Assembly: GCA_041657425.1 (NCBI GenBank)
Contig: JBBABY010000010.1
Location: 12,582 to 44,581, forward strand
DNA: 32,000 nt
DNA from: an archaeon
GTDB taxonomy: Archaea > Iainarchaeota > Iainarchaeia > Iainarchaeales > CSSED10-239
Direction of reading: 5' to 3'
Under the pieces are notes generated by a model. That model did not search any database, had not been told where the DNA came from, and saw only the letters and a list, made by a program, of their open reading frames with translations. Below, piece by piece: positions 8,147-16,000 of the stretch. The position numbers were made by a program, and so were the translations under genes. Position 1 is the first letter of the stretch. The number at the start of each line of letters is the position of its first letter.

Positions 8147-9162
8147 TTTCTAAAAAAGGGGTTTCTGAAATAATAGTTGTAACAATGGTTATTGTAGTTT
8201 CTATAATTATTGCAGGAATATTTTTTGTTTGGATTAATGAATATTTATCTAAGGATAAGTTAGATCAAACAGGTGGGGTACTATTACAAGCAAGCGATTT
8301 ATCTTGTATGAATGTAAAGATTAAAGTTGATTCTTGTACAATAAACAATGCAAATAAAGTTACTCAAATTTTAGTTACAAATAGTTCTGATTTAACTCTA
8401 TTTAATTTTGTGCTTACAATTGAAGGAAAGAATGTAAGTGGAACAGATATGACACTTATTGGAACATTTGATGAATCGGTTTCTGGAGGTCAAATAGTAA
8501 ATCTATCGACAGATACTAATTTTAATTATACAAGAGAAGACTTTGATTATTTTACTTTGGATACAAGTGAAATAACAAGCATGGTATTAACTAATGGGAC
8601 TTGTCCTAAGAAATCAGAAATTTTAGAATGCGAGATTATCGCAGGTCCATTAACCACACGCATTATTTCTCCAGAAGATGAAAAATATTATTTTTATGAA
8701 GACTCAATAGATTTCAATGCATACACAAGTGGAGGAAGTGAAGATTATAATTGTTCTTGGTCTTCAGATGTTGATGGCGAATTAGACACCGGTTGTAATC
8801 TTGCAATAGATACTTTAAAAAATTTAGGAGCACACACAATTACTTTAACAGTAACAGATGGAGAAAGTACAGAGATAGCAACCACAGGCATTACAATTAA
8901 AGACCACTTAGTACCAATCATTTCATCTCCAGCAGACGAATCCATAGTTGCATTAGGAGCAATTGAGTTCTCTGGTTCAGTAAGTAACGCACAAGGAGAA
9001 TACACTTGTTCTTGGACATCAGATGTAGATGGTGCAATTGGATCAAGATGTGATTTTAATAAAAGTAATTTAACTCTTGGCGTGCACACCATTACTTTGA
9101 CGGTAGCAGATGAATTAGAAACAAGAAGCACAACTGCAGATATTAATGTTTTAGCAGAATAG
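8143..9162 (+). CDS. archaeal type IV pilin-like protein (class III signal peptide) with two PKD-like domains
   Basis: The N-terminus KKG|VSEIIVVTMVIVVSIIIAGIFFVWI is a prepilin-peptidase-type signal. It carries the shared ~165-aa module ending LTNGTCPKK. Two repeats follow: Y(N/T)CSW(S/T)SDVDG...HTITLTV(T/A)D. The ATGA overlaps the antiporter stop. The gene ends at a TAG that is in frame with the next ORF. Confidence 0.8.
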   Translation: MISKKGVSEIIVVTMVIVVSIIIAGIFFVWINEYLSKDKLDQTGGVLLQASDLSCMNVKIKVDSCTINNANKVTQILVTNSSDLTLFNFVLTIEGKNVSGTDMTLIGTFDESVSGGQIVNLSTDTNFNYTREDFDYFTLDTSEITSMVLTNGTCPKKSEILECEIIAGPLTTRIISPEDEKYYFYEDSIDFNAYTSGGSEDYNCSWSSDVDGELDTGCNLAIDTLKNLGAHTITLTVTDGESTEIATTGITIKDHLVPIISSPADESIVALGAIEFSGSVSNAQGEYTCSWTSDVDGAIGSRCDFNKSNLTLGVHTITLTVADELETRSTTADINVLAE

Positions 9163-9225
9163 CCATGTATCACGGAAGGAGATGGCTCAGAAGAAAATCC
9201 ATTTATTATTTGTACAATAGAAGAC

Positions 9226-10161
9226 TTGAATAATGTAAGAAACGATTTAGAGGGTTATTATTTACTTGGTGCGGATATAGATATGAATGTTTCGCCATAC
9301 AATGAAGGAGAAGGCTGGGAACCAATTGGAGATGCTTCTGCAGGATTTTTGGGAAATTTTGACGGCAATAATCACACAATAAATAATTTATACATTAATA
9401 GACCAGAAACAGATAATGTAGGATTATTTGGTTATATTATTAGTAATGTAATAAATAATGTAAAATTAGAAGATGTTAATGTTATAGGTCAAAATTATGT
9501 GGGGGGATTAGTTGGAATGAATAATCAGGGAACAATTTTCTCGAGTAATTCCATAGGAAATATTTATGGAATTGGGGGAGTTATTGGTGGTTTAGTTGGG
9601 TATATAGAACTGGGAGAGATAACTAATTGTTTTTCAAATTCTGTAGTCACTGGAAGAAATAGTGTTGGTACATTAATTGGATCTGGTTTTCAAAGTATCG
9701 TCGTAGAAAGTTATTCAACAGGGTCTGCAATAGGAGAAGAAAGTGTAGGAGGAATGATTGGACTCGACGAAAGTGGAACATTTGAAAATTGTTATTCATT
9801 AAGTAATATAACACGTATATCTGATTCTAGTGAAACATCTTTTGGTGGGTTTATAGGATATACAGAAGGCTGGACAGATATTAACAATAGTTATTCAATA
9901 GGAAGAGTAATTTATGAAGATACATCAAATCCAACAAATAAAGGATTTTCTGGAGATGCAATCAATGGTTACAATAATTTTTGGGATATGAATACATCAT
10001 TGCAAACAACAAGTGATGATGGAGCAATTGGTTTAACAACAGAACAAATGAAAGATCCAAATAATTTTACTGATTGGGATTTCGACACCATCTGGGATAT
10101 TAATGAAGGAACAACTTATCCTTATTTAAGAAATAATATTCCAAGTTCTTTGCCTCAGTAA
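9226..10161 (+). CDS. GLUG-motif repeat protein with no credible own start; likely a continuation of 8143..9162
   Basis: Repeated GG(L/M/F)(V/I)G motifs are present (VGGLVGMN, IGGLVGY, VGGMIGL, FGGFIGY). The frame is open back to the TAG at 9160-9162, and the conserved module opening GDGSEENPFIICTIEDLNNVRNDL lies upstream of the TTG used by the track. Confidence 0.6.
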   Translation: MNNVRNDLEGYYLLGADIDMNVSPYNEGEGWEPIGDASAGFLGNFDGNNHTINNLYINRPETDNVGLFGYIISNVINNVKLEDVNVIGQNYVGGLVGMNNQGTIFSSNSIGNIYGIGGVIGGLVGYIELGEITNCFSNSVVTGRNSVGTLIGSGFQSIVVESYSTGSAIGEESVGGMIGLDESGTFENCYSLSNITRISDSSETSFGGFIGYTEGWTDINNSYSIGRVIYEDTSNPTNKGFSGDAINGYNNFWDMNTSLQTTSDDGAIGLTTEQMKDPNNFTDWDFDTIWDINEGTTYPYLRNNIPSSLPQ

Positions 10162-10223
10162 CTAAAAGCTTTTTTAAAAGTTATATTTATAAAATAATTC
10201 TCCTTCTATATTAATGATAGAAT

Positions 10224-11573
10224 ATGATTAAAACAAATAAAGGCGCATCAGAGGTTATTGTTGTAACTTTAATTATTGTGGTTACAGTAATCCTTGCAGG
10301 TATTTTCTTTGCTTGGCTTAAGGAATCTTCAAATACACAATTAGATCAAACATCAATGCAATTAAAAGAAGCAAGTGATTTGTCTTGCAGCAATGCTACA
10401 TTTAAGATTGAATCTTTTGATTTAGACGAAGTAAATAGAAAGATTAGTTTTGTTTTATCAAACAACTCTGATTTAAAAATTTTTAATTTGATTTTGTCAG
10501 TTCAAGGGAAAGATGCAGAAGGTGTTGATTTAAAAATTAGTGGAAGATTTGATACAATTGTTGAATCTGGACAAATGGTTTCACTTTCAACAGATTCCAA
10601 TTTCACTTATATTTCTGGAGATATATCAGCTTTAGGAACATTAGATTTTGGGAATTTAACAAATATCACTTTAACAAACGGAACATGTCCTAAAAAGATT
10701 TTATTAATTGATAGTTATGATTTAACTTTAATTCAAAGTGATTTAGTTGCAGACCCAAATGCAGATACGTTTTTTGAATCTCAAAACATAACTTTATCGT
10801 CAGAAGAAGGAGCAACAATATATTACACAACAGATGGGAGCGATCCAACAATCGAAAGCGAAGTTTATGTTTCTCCAATTAATATTCCTTTAGATACTGT
10901 TATAACAATAAACGCAATTTCGGTTAAGCCAAATTATGAGACTAAAGATTTTACAGGAAAATACACAGTAACCCATATTCTTGCAACGCCGACTGCTGAC
11001 CCCGAACCTTATGAATTTACAAGGCCAATAGAAGTTAGATTATTTGCAGAAGACGGTGCAACTATTTACTATACTCTTGATTCAAGTATACCTGGCGGAA
11101 AATCTATGCTATATGAATCTCCTATACTAATTAATTCCACAACAGTAATAAATGCAATAGCTGTGAGGGATGGATATGGGGATAGTGATCTGTTTACTGG
11201 CACATATACTTCTTTAGAAAGTTATACTTTAGAATATAACACTTCATCTGGGGTTTTAACATTAGAATTAATTCCAGATTTATCTATTCCGCTTAGTAAT
11301 AATATAGCATTTAGATATTTTGGTGCTTTTAAGGATCCTATAAGTACTTCTGCTTCAGCTGCTACTACTTCAGGTTTTCTAGAGGCTAATCCTAGTCCAT
11401 ACGAATTTAAAGACTGTAGGCTAATTAGATTTGATTGTGAGCAGTTGGCTTTAGATATAGGTATGAACGACGTAGATAGATTTGAGATAATTGAAATACC
11501 AGATAAAGGGAGCATTAATGTTTTGATTACAATTTTACCCGATGATATTACAATAGTTTCTGATAAGAAGTGA
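10224..11573 (+). CDS. archaeal type IV pilin-like protein with two chitobiase/hexosaminidase-C-like (Fn3-associated) domains
   Basis: The N-terminus is NKG|ASEVIVVTLIIVVTVILAGIFFAWL, followed by the shared module ...LTNGTCPKK. Two copies of the (E)GATIYYT(T/L)D(G/S)S.P....S..Y.SPI pattern follow. Confidence 0.8.
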   Translation: MIKTNKGASEVIVVTLIIVVTVILAGIFFAWLKESSNTQLDQTSMQLKEASDLSCSNATFKIESFDLDEVNRKISFVLSNNSDLKIFNLILSVQGKDAEGVDLKISGRFDTIVESGQMVSLSTDSNFTYISGDISALGTLDFGNLTNITLTNGTCPKKILLIDSYDLTLIQSDLVADPNADTFFESQNITLSSEEGATIYYTTDGSDPTIESEVYVSPINIPLDTVITINAISVKPNYETKDFTGKYTVTHILATPTADPEPYEFTRPIEVRLFAEDGATIYYTLDSSIPGGKSMLYESPILINSTTVINAIAVRDGYGDSDLFTGTYTSLESYTLEYNTSSGVLTLELIPDLSIPLSNNIAFRYFGAFKDPISTSASAATTSGFLEANPSPYEFKDCRLIRFDCEQLALDIGMNDVDRFEIIEIPDKGSINVLITILPDDITIVSDKK

Positions 11574-11578
11574 AAAGA

Positions 11579-12082
11579 ATGTTTAAACTAAATAATAAAG
11601 GTGCTTCAGAAGTAATAGTAGTGACTTTAATAATTGTTATTTCTGTAATCTTAGCTGGGCTTTTCTTTTCTTGGCTTAAAGAGTCTTCTAAACAGAATAT
11701 GGATGATGCAAGTAGTGCACTTGTTAATTCAAGTGATGTTTCTTGTATAGATGCTAAGTTTTTAGTTGATTCTTGTGATATTAATAGTACAAGTAGAGTA
11801 ACTAAATTAATGTTTACTAATAATTCTGATTTAAAAATATTTAATATAGTGCTTACTATTGAAGGGAAGAATGTAAGTGGAACAGATATGACACTTATTG
11901 GTAGATTTGAAGATGTTGTTAGTGGTGGAGAAGTAATTGAATTATCCACAGATACTAACTTTACTTACACTAGACAAGATTCTGATTATAATACTTTAGA
12001 CACTAGTGAGATAAGTAATATGGTTCTAACTAATGGAACTTGCCCAAAGAAGGCAGTTGTACTTAATTGTATTGTTAACTAG
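11579..12082 (+). CDS. archaeal type IV pilin-like protein (module only, candidate major subunit)
   Basis: The N-terminus is NNKG|ASEVIVVTLIIVISVILAGLFFSWL and the shared module ends NGTCPKKAVVLNCIVN. A 35-nt run (11867-11901) is identical to 8428-8462. The start could also be the GTG at 11570, which overlaps the previous stop. Confidence 0.8.
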   Translation: MFKLNNKGASEVIVVTLIIVISVILAGLFFSWLKESSKQNMDDASSALVNSSDVSCIDAKFLVDSCDINSTSRVTKLMFTNNSDLKIFNIVLTIEGKNVSGTDMTLIGRFEDVVSGGEVIELSTDTNFTYTRQDSDYNTLDTSEISNMVLTNGTCPKKAVVLNCIVN

Positions 12083-12089
12083 TTGTTTT

Positions 12090-12118
12090 AGCATAGCGAA
12101 CTAATGTGCTTTTTTTTA
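12090..12118 (+). terminator. hairpin plus T-run after the pilin cluster
   Basis: AGCATA (12090-12095) pairs with TGTGCT (12105-12110), including one G-U pair, and is followed by T8. Confidence 0.4.
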
Positions 12119-12346
12119 TTTTTTAATTTTGATGGGCGATTTTTTTAAGGTTTATTTTTATAAAATATATTTCTCATTATTTATTGGACAGTTTTGGCGA
12201 GTAATTTTTGTCGTTGGTAACTTTTAAGTAATATATTATTTAAATAATAAATTATTTAAATATATAATTAAGTAAAACTGCTCTATTTAAAAACATTTTG
12301 TTCTTTCTTATTAATAATTATTAAACCGATAAACGAGAGGGATAAA

Positions 12347-12589
12347 ATGGGAGTAATAACAATATCAATGGATGATAAATCTGAAAAGACTTTGAGAGAG
12401 TCTGCAAAGTTACTTTATGGAGATAAAAAGGACGCAATAAGTAAAACAATAGTACAAGCAGTAGATAATTTAAATAATAAAAGAGAAGATACTCTTGCAA
12501 GATTAAGACATAGGATGTATGTAAATCCAATAAAGGTTGGAAAAGGCGGAAAGATGCCTAAAACAAGAGCAGAGATCTACGAAAGATAA
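12347..12589 (+). CDS. vapB: ribbon-helix-helix antitoxin (VapB-like)
   Basis: 80 aa. The N-terminal GVITISMDDKSEKTLRE is a typical RHH beta-strand plus helix. It lies 14 nt upstream of a PIN-domain gene. Confidence 0.65.
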   Translation: MGVITISMDDKSEKTLRESAKLLYGDKKDAISKTIVQAVDNLNNKREDTLARLRHRMYVNPIKVGKGGKMPKTRAEIYER

Positions 12590-12603
12590 AATGGTGGTAA
12601 GAA

Positions 12604-13167
12604 ATGACTTTAGAAAACTTTTATTATAATCAAAATTCAAATAATGATTTTTTAGATATTCAAGAACAATATTTAATAGATACAAATATACTTGTAATTT
12701 CTCAATCTAAAAAAGAATCAGAAGAACGACGATTAATTGCTGCAGCAATTGTAGAATCCGGCACTATTAAAAAAAATGCATTTGTAAGTATACAAAATTT
12801 TGTAGAATTTGTAAATGTAATAAAACAGAAACTTAAATCCTTAGATGATAATGAAATACAAGAAACACTTATTGATTTCAAGTCTGCATTTACAGTTTTA
12901 TTTTACTCAGAAAACACTGTGTCTGCGACAGTAAAGCTATCTTCAGAAACAAAAGTGCACTTTTTTGATGCCCTTCTAGCACAAACTATGCTTGAGAACA
13001 ATGTAAGAGTGATCTATACAGAAAACACTAAGGACTTCAACAAGATTCCTGGAATTAAAGCAATTAACCCATTTACAGATAAGAAAATAGCGAGACTTTG
13101 TGAAAAGGCAAGAAAGCAGAAGTTAAAGTATTCTGTACAAGTAAAAAAGAAGATAAAAATAAAATAG
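12604..13167 (+). CDS. vapC: PIN-domain ribonuclease toxin (VapC-like) with a Lys-rich C-terminal tail
   Basis: YLIDTNILV supplies the first acidic residue, and HFFDALLAQTMLENNVRVIYTENTKDFNKIPGI matches the D..(I/L)A..A......T.(D/N).(K/D)DF PIN signature. Confidence 0.7.
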   Translation: MTLENFYYNQNSNNDFLDIQEQYLIDTNILVISQSKKESEERRLIAAAIVESGTIKKNAFVSIQNFVEFVNVIKQKLKSLDDNEIQETLIDFKSAFTVLFYSENTVSATVKLSSETKVHFFDALLAQTMLENNVRVIYTENTKDFNKIPGIKAINPFTDKKIARLCEKARKQKLKYSVQVKKKIKIK

Positions 13168-13228
13168 TAGTTATTTTAATATTTATTGATTTAATAAATA
13201 TGGGGGATTAAGATAGGTGATAATTAAA

Positions 13229-13570
13229 ATGACTTTAGATAATAGAATGAAATTATATTTTCAGAATAGAAAACGAATAGTTGGTGCAGTTTGTAGGCAT
13301 GTTCTTAAACATCATGGTAAATTTAATAAAGATCTACCTATTTTAAAAGAAGCTGTAGAAAACACCATTACTAATCTACTAAATCACAAAGATAGAGCAT
13401 TAGGTGTAGATGCAATAATTCATTATGATTCTAAATCTGAGAATTCTTCTTTTTTTATAAAGTTGATTAGCGACAAGGTGTCTTTTGAATACACAAAGTT
13501 AATTAAAGAAAAACATGTTCACTTACAAAAACTAAAGCCAAAACCACACACTCGTGCAAGAATCCATTAG
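13229..13570 (+). CDS. hypothetical protein
   Basis: The ATG at 13229 lies 8 nt after GGTGA (the track starts at a GTG at 13217). About 113 aa, basic, with no recognised motif. Confidence 0.55.
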   Translation: MTLDNRMKLYFQNRKRIVGAVCRHVLKHHGKFNKDLPILKEAVENTITNLLNHKDRALGVDAIIHYDSKSENSSFFIKLISDKVSFEYTKLIKEKHVHLQKLKPKPHTRARIH

Positions 13571-13733
13571 TTAAATTTTCAGAGTATTTTACACTAAATA
13601 TTGGACAATCCCCAGTTAAAAAAAATAAATATTTATAAACTTATCGCAGCATAATATGATTATTATATTAAATAACTTCTATAAGTTATTAAAATATATT
13701 ATTATTAAAAAAAATTAAAAAATGGAGATTAAA

Positions 13734-14063
13734 ATGAAAAATGAAAAAACAAAATTAATCATTTGGGCAGTGGTTGCTTTAGTGATTGGTGTAATAATCG
13801 GGCTATTATTAACAAATGTTGTGTCTGGCAATACAACAAAAGTAATGAATACGAAATTTAACAAAAACCCATTTAATGACACCGTGGGTGCATGTTGTAA
13901 AAATACATTAAACCAGTATACTTCTATTGAATCTGCATCTTGTTGTGTTGTTATTGGGCGCCAAGGCTATGATCCAGAAACTCCATTAAATGAATTAGGT
14001 AGTGTATTGCCACCCGGATTTAATTATCTGTGGGATGATCCTATATTTGATCACCCTTTATAA
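13734..14063 (+). CDS. small secreted or membrane-anchored Cys-containing protein, member 1 of the conserved signal-anchor family
   Basis: The ATG at 13734 lies 7 nt after GGAG. The N-terminus MKNEKTKLIIWAVVALVIGVIIGLLLTNVVSGNT is followed by a unique C-terminus with two CC pairs. Confidence 0.7.
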   Translation: MKNEKTKLIIWAVVALVIGVIIGLLLTNVVSGNTTKVMNTKFNKNPFNDTVGACCKNTLNQYTSIESASCCVVIGRQGYDPETPLNELGSVLPPGFNYLWDDPIFDHPL

Positions 14064-14271
14064 ATTTTTGCGGTTTAATAATTGCTGAGGGTTTAATTGT
14101 AAAATAATAAGGCAACTTATTTAGCCTTTCTTTTTTATTTTAGTTATCTTACACAAAAACTTGGACGTAATCTAGAAAAACATTTATAAACCCTTTGCAA
14201 CACCATAAATATAATAATTAAATAAATTTTATAACTTTTTAAGGTTATTAAAAAATGGAGATGAAAATAAA

Positions 14272-14541
14272 ATGAAAAACGAGAAAATGAAATGGTACAT
14301 TTTAATTGCTGCAGCTTTATTAGTTGGAGCAATAATTGGATACTTTGCGACTGCAAACTTATCTACGACAGGAAATGCATGTCAGAATTTAAACAATCTT
14401 AATGGCATAGTTGTTGATGCAGAAGAAGGCTATTTTATATCTTATGAAGACTGCATAGGTGGCGGCGGGTCAGCCCCAGGATATCCTCGTAGAAGGATTT
14501 GTTTTAAATCGGATCATACAACAGAAATGATACCAAAATAA
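14272..14541 (+). CDS. small secreted or membrane-anchored protein, member 2 of the signal-anchor family
   Basis: The N-terminus MKNEKMKWYILIAAALLVGAIIGYFATANLSTTGNA is followed by a unique 50-aa tail with 3 Cys and a GGGGS stretch. A GGAG lies upstream. Confidence 0.7.
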   Translation: MKNEKMKWYILIAAALLVGAIIGYFATANLSTTGNACQNLNNLNGIVVDAEEGYFISYEDCIGGGGSAPGYPRRRICFKSDHTTEMIPK

Positions 14542-14554
14542 CTGGTTCGGCATA

Positions 14555-14582
14555 AGAGCAAATCTGCTCTTTTTTCTTTTTT
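14555..14582 (+). terminator. hairpin plus T-run terminator-like signal
   Basis: AGAGCA (14555-14560), loop AATC, TGCTCT (14565-14570), then TTTTTTCTTTTTT, located 14 nt after the stop of 14272..14541. Confidence 0.5.
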
Positions 14583-14970
14583 ATTACCTTACATTATATA
14601 ATAAATAGGGCATTAATTAATTTTAAATAGCGATGCTTTACTAGTATCACTTAATCCCGCAATATATTTTTCTTCAACATAGGGGATTGTGTCGTTTTGT
14701 TCTTTTTGTAGGGTTTTTGAATCGATCTCCTCGAGGTCACATAATCTCTTCAGACAATAAGCGGTAATTTTGCATATTTTTGGTTTAATCGGCTATTTTA
14801 AATATGCCGTTCCGTATAATAAGCATTAAGCCGACCGAAAAGTAGAGAAATTGTGGTTTTTTGATGCTTTTTTGCACATTTTAGCTAGCTAAACTAGCAA
14901 AGATTTTGCTTTTTCTTGATTTTTTCTAAATTGGACTTTTTTCATCACCTCCTTTCAATTTTTTTTGTAT

Positions 14971-15030
14971 CCCAAGAAAATTTTTTTAATTTTTCTGGAC
15001 CCAGAAAATTTTTGTTTTCTCGGGTTTTGG
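14971..15030. repeat. Composite palindromic element, copy B (related to 2684-2770)
   Basis: CCCAAGAAAA (14971-14980), TTTTCTGGACCCAGAAAA (14991-15008, a near-palindrome) and TTTTCTCGGG (15015-15024) occur in the same motif order as copy A. Confidence 0.55.
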
Positions 15031-15132
15031 TTGCATTGGGGTAGATCAATTTACTGATGTTTTTTTATACTTTTTTATGTATAACCTTTGGGGAAAGAAA
15101 ACACCACGTTTTGTTATGTAGAAGAAAACAAA

Positions 15133-15279
15133 TTAACACTTTGTAAAATATCTTCTTCTTGGATCGTAGTTTGGAATTCTGGTTGTTCCAATCAATCCTT
15201 TATTCTTTAGTATTAAATCATCAACGGATTTATACATAACACACACATTATCTCTAAACTTATTTTCATTTCGAAACAT
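15133..15279 (-). CDS. possible small ORF (48 aa, hypothetical)
   Basis: ATG (15277-15279, minus strand) lies 6 nt after GGTGA. Translation is MFRNENKFRDNVCVMYKSVDDLILKNKGLIGTTRIPNYDPRRRYFTKC*. It is below the ORF-track size cut-off and has no recognised family. Confidence 0.3.
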   Translation of the reverse strand: MFRNENKFRDNVCVMYKSVDDLILKNKGLIGTTRIPNYDPRRRYFTKC

Positions 15280-15393
15280 TTTACATCACCAGATATATAT
15301 TGTTTTTGAAAGACGGGGTGTTTTCGGGGGGGTACCTGTCCAGTGCGAAAATTAAAGATATTATTATAAATACATTTACCGAAAAGAATCTAT

Positions 15394-15972
15394 ATGGTAG
15401 AAAGAATTGGTTTAAACTATAAGGTTATAGATTTAAGAAATAGAGGAGAAGTAAAAACTTTTCTTTCAAATAAACAATTGATAACTCAAATCAAGTCAAT
15501 CTTAGAAGAAAATAATGCATTAGTTCCAAGAGAAAAACATAAAGATGGAAAAATAAATTCTCAGATTTATAGTTTATTTAAAAGATATGTTGATATCTTT
15601 TTCTTAGCGTATTCTGAAAAAACTGGAGAATTGGTAGGGGTAATTGATGGAGAAATACATCCTACTATAAATATAGATAAAAATGAATTCAATATACATT
15701 GGATAGCTGTAAAAAAAGAATATCAAAATAGAAACATAGGAAAAAGATCAATGTTAAGATTATGTGAATATTTAATTAAAAATGATTTCTCAGAAATTAC
15801 TTTATATTCAATATCTGTTAAGACTGATAAGATACTAAAATTCTTAGATGGAAAAGAATCAAGTTTAGGAAAATATAAAGAAGACAAAGAAATGGTGCAT
15901 TTAGAGAATATTCTCTATGATGGCAAGAGCAGCAAATATAAAAGATTATATTTAAATAAGAAAGTAAAATAA
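15394..15972 (+). CDS. GNAT-family N-acetyltransferase (probable)
   Basis: IHWIAVKKEYQNRNIGKRSMLRLCEYL fits the acetyl-CoA-binding motif A (Q/R-x-x-G-x-G/A) of the GNAT fold. Confidence 0.55.
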   Translation: MVERIGLNYKVIDLRNRGEVKTFLSNKQLITQIKSILEENNALVPREKHKDGKINSQIYSLFKRYVDIFFLAYSEKTGELVGVIDGEIHPTINIDKNEFNIHWIAVKKEYQNRNIGKRSMLRLCEYLIKNDFSEITLYSISVKTDKILKFLDGKESSLGKYKEDKEMVHLENILYDGKSSKYKRLYLNKKVK

Positions 15973-15974
15973 TT

Positions 15975-15987
15975 ATTGTCCAACAAT
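15975..15987 (+). repeat. 13-bp direct repeat ATTGTCCAACAAT, left copy
   Basis: An exact 13-mer starting 3 nt after the GNAT stop codon. The identical copy is at 16793-16805. Confidence 0.6.
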
Positions 15988-16000
15988 ATGTGTGATTGAA

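Noticed and set aside
9160-9162. Genome-wide reassignment of TAG to a sense codon as the explanation for the in-frame TAG.
   Set aside because: TAG plausibly terminates several other genes here at sensible positions (5637-5639, 12080-12082, 13165-13167, 13568-13570), each followed by non-coding or opposite-strand sequence. A local event is more likely than a recoded genome.
14144-14356. 70-aa minus-strand ORF overlapping the start of 14272..14541.
   Set aside because: It covers the conserved upstream region, RBS and signal-anchor codons of family member 2, which have a clear paralog-supported reading on the plus strand. Its translation has no features.
13734-14541. A diversity-generating retroelement explaining the variable C-termini of the small secreted proteins.
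   Set aside because: No reverse transcriptase ORF is in the window. I also found no template or variable repeat pair with A-specific mismatches between the variable tails and nearby non-coding DNA. The tails differ in length and are unalignable rather than point-diversified.
14542-15393. A tRNA, rRNA, SRP or RNase P RNA hidden in the ORF-free gap.
   Set aside because: I found no cloverleaf-compatible segment (no GTTCRANYC-like T-loop with matching acceptor arms) and no extended GC-rich helices. Only one short GC-rich patch is present. This should still be confirmed with tRNAscan-SE or Infernal.
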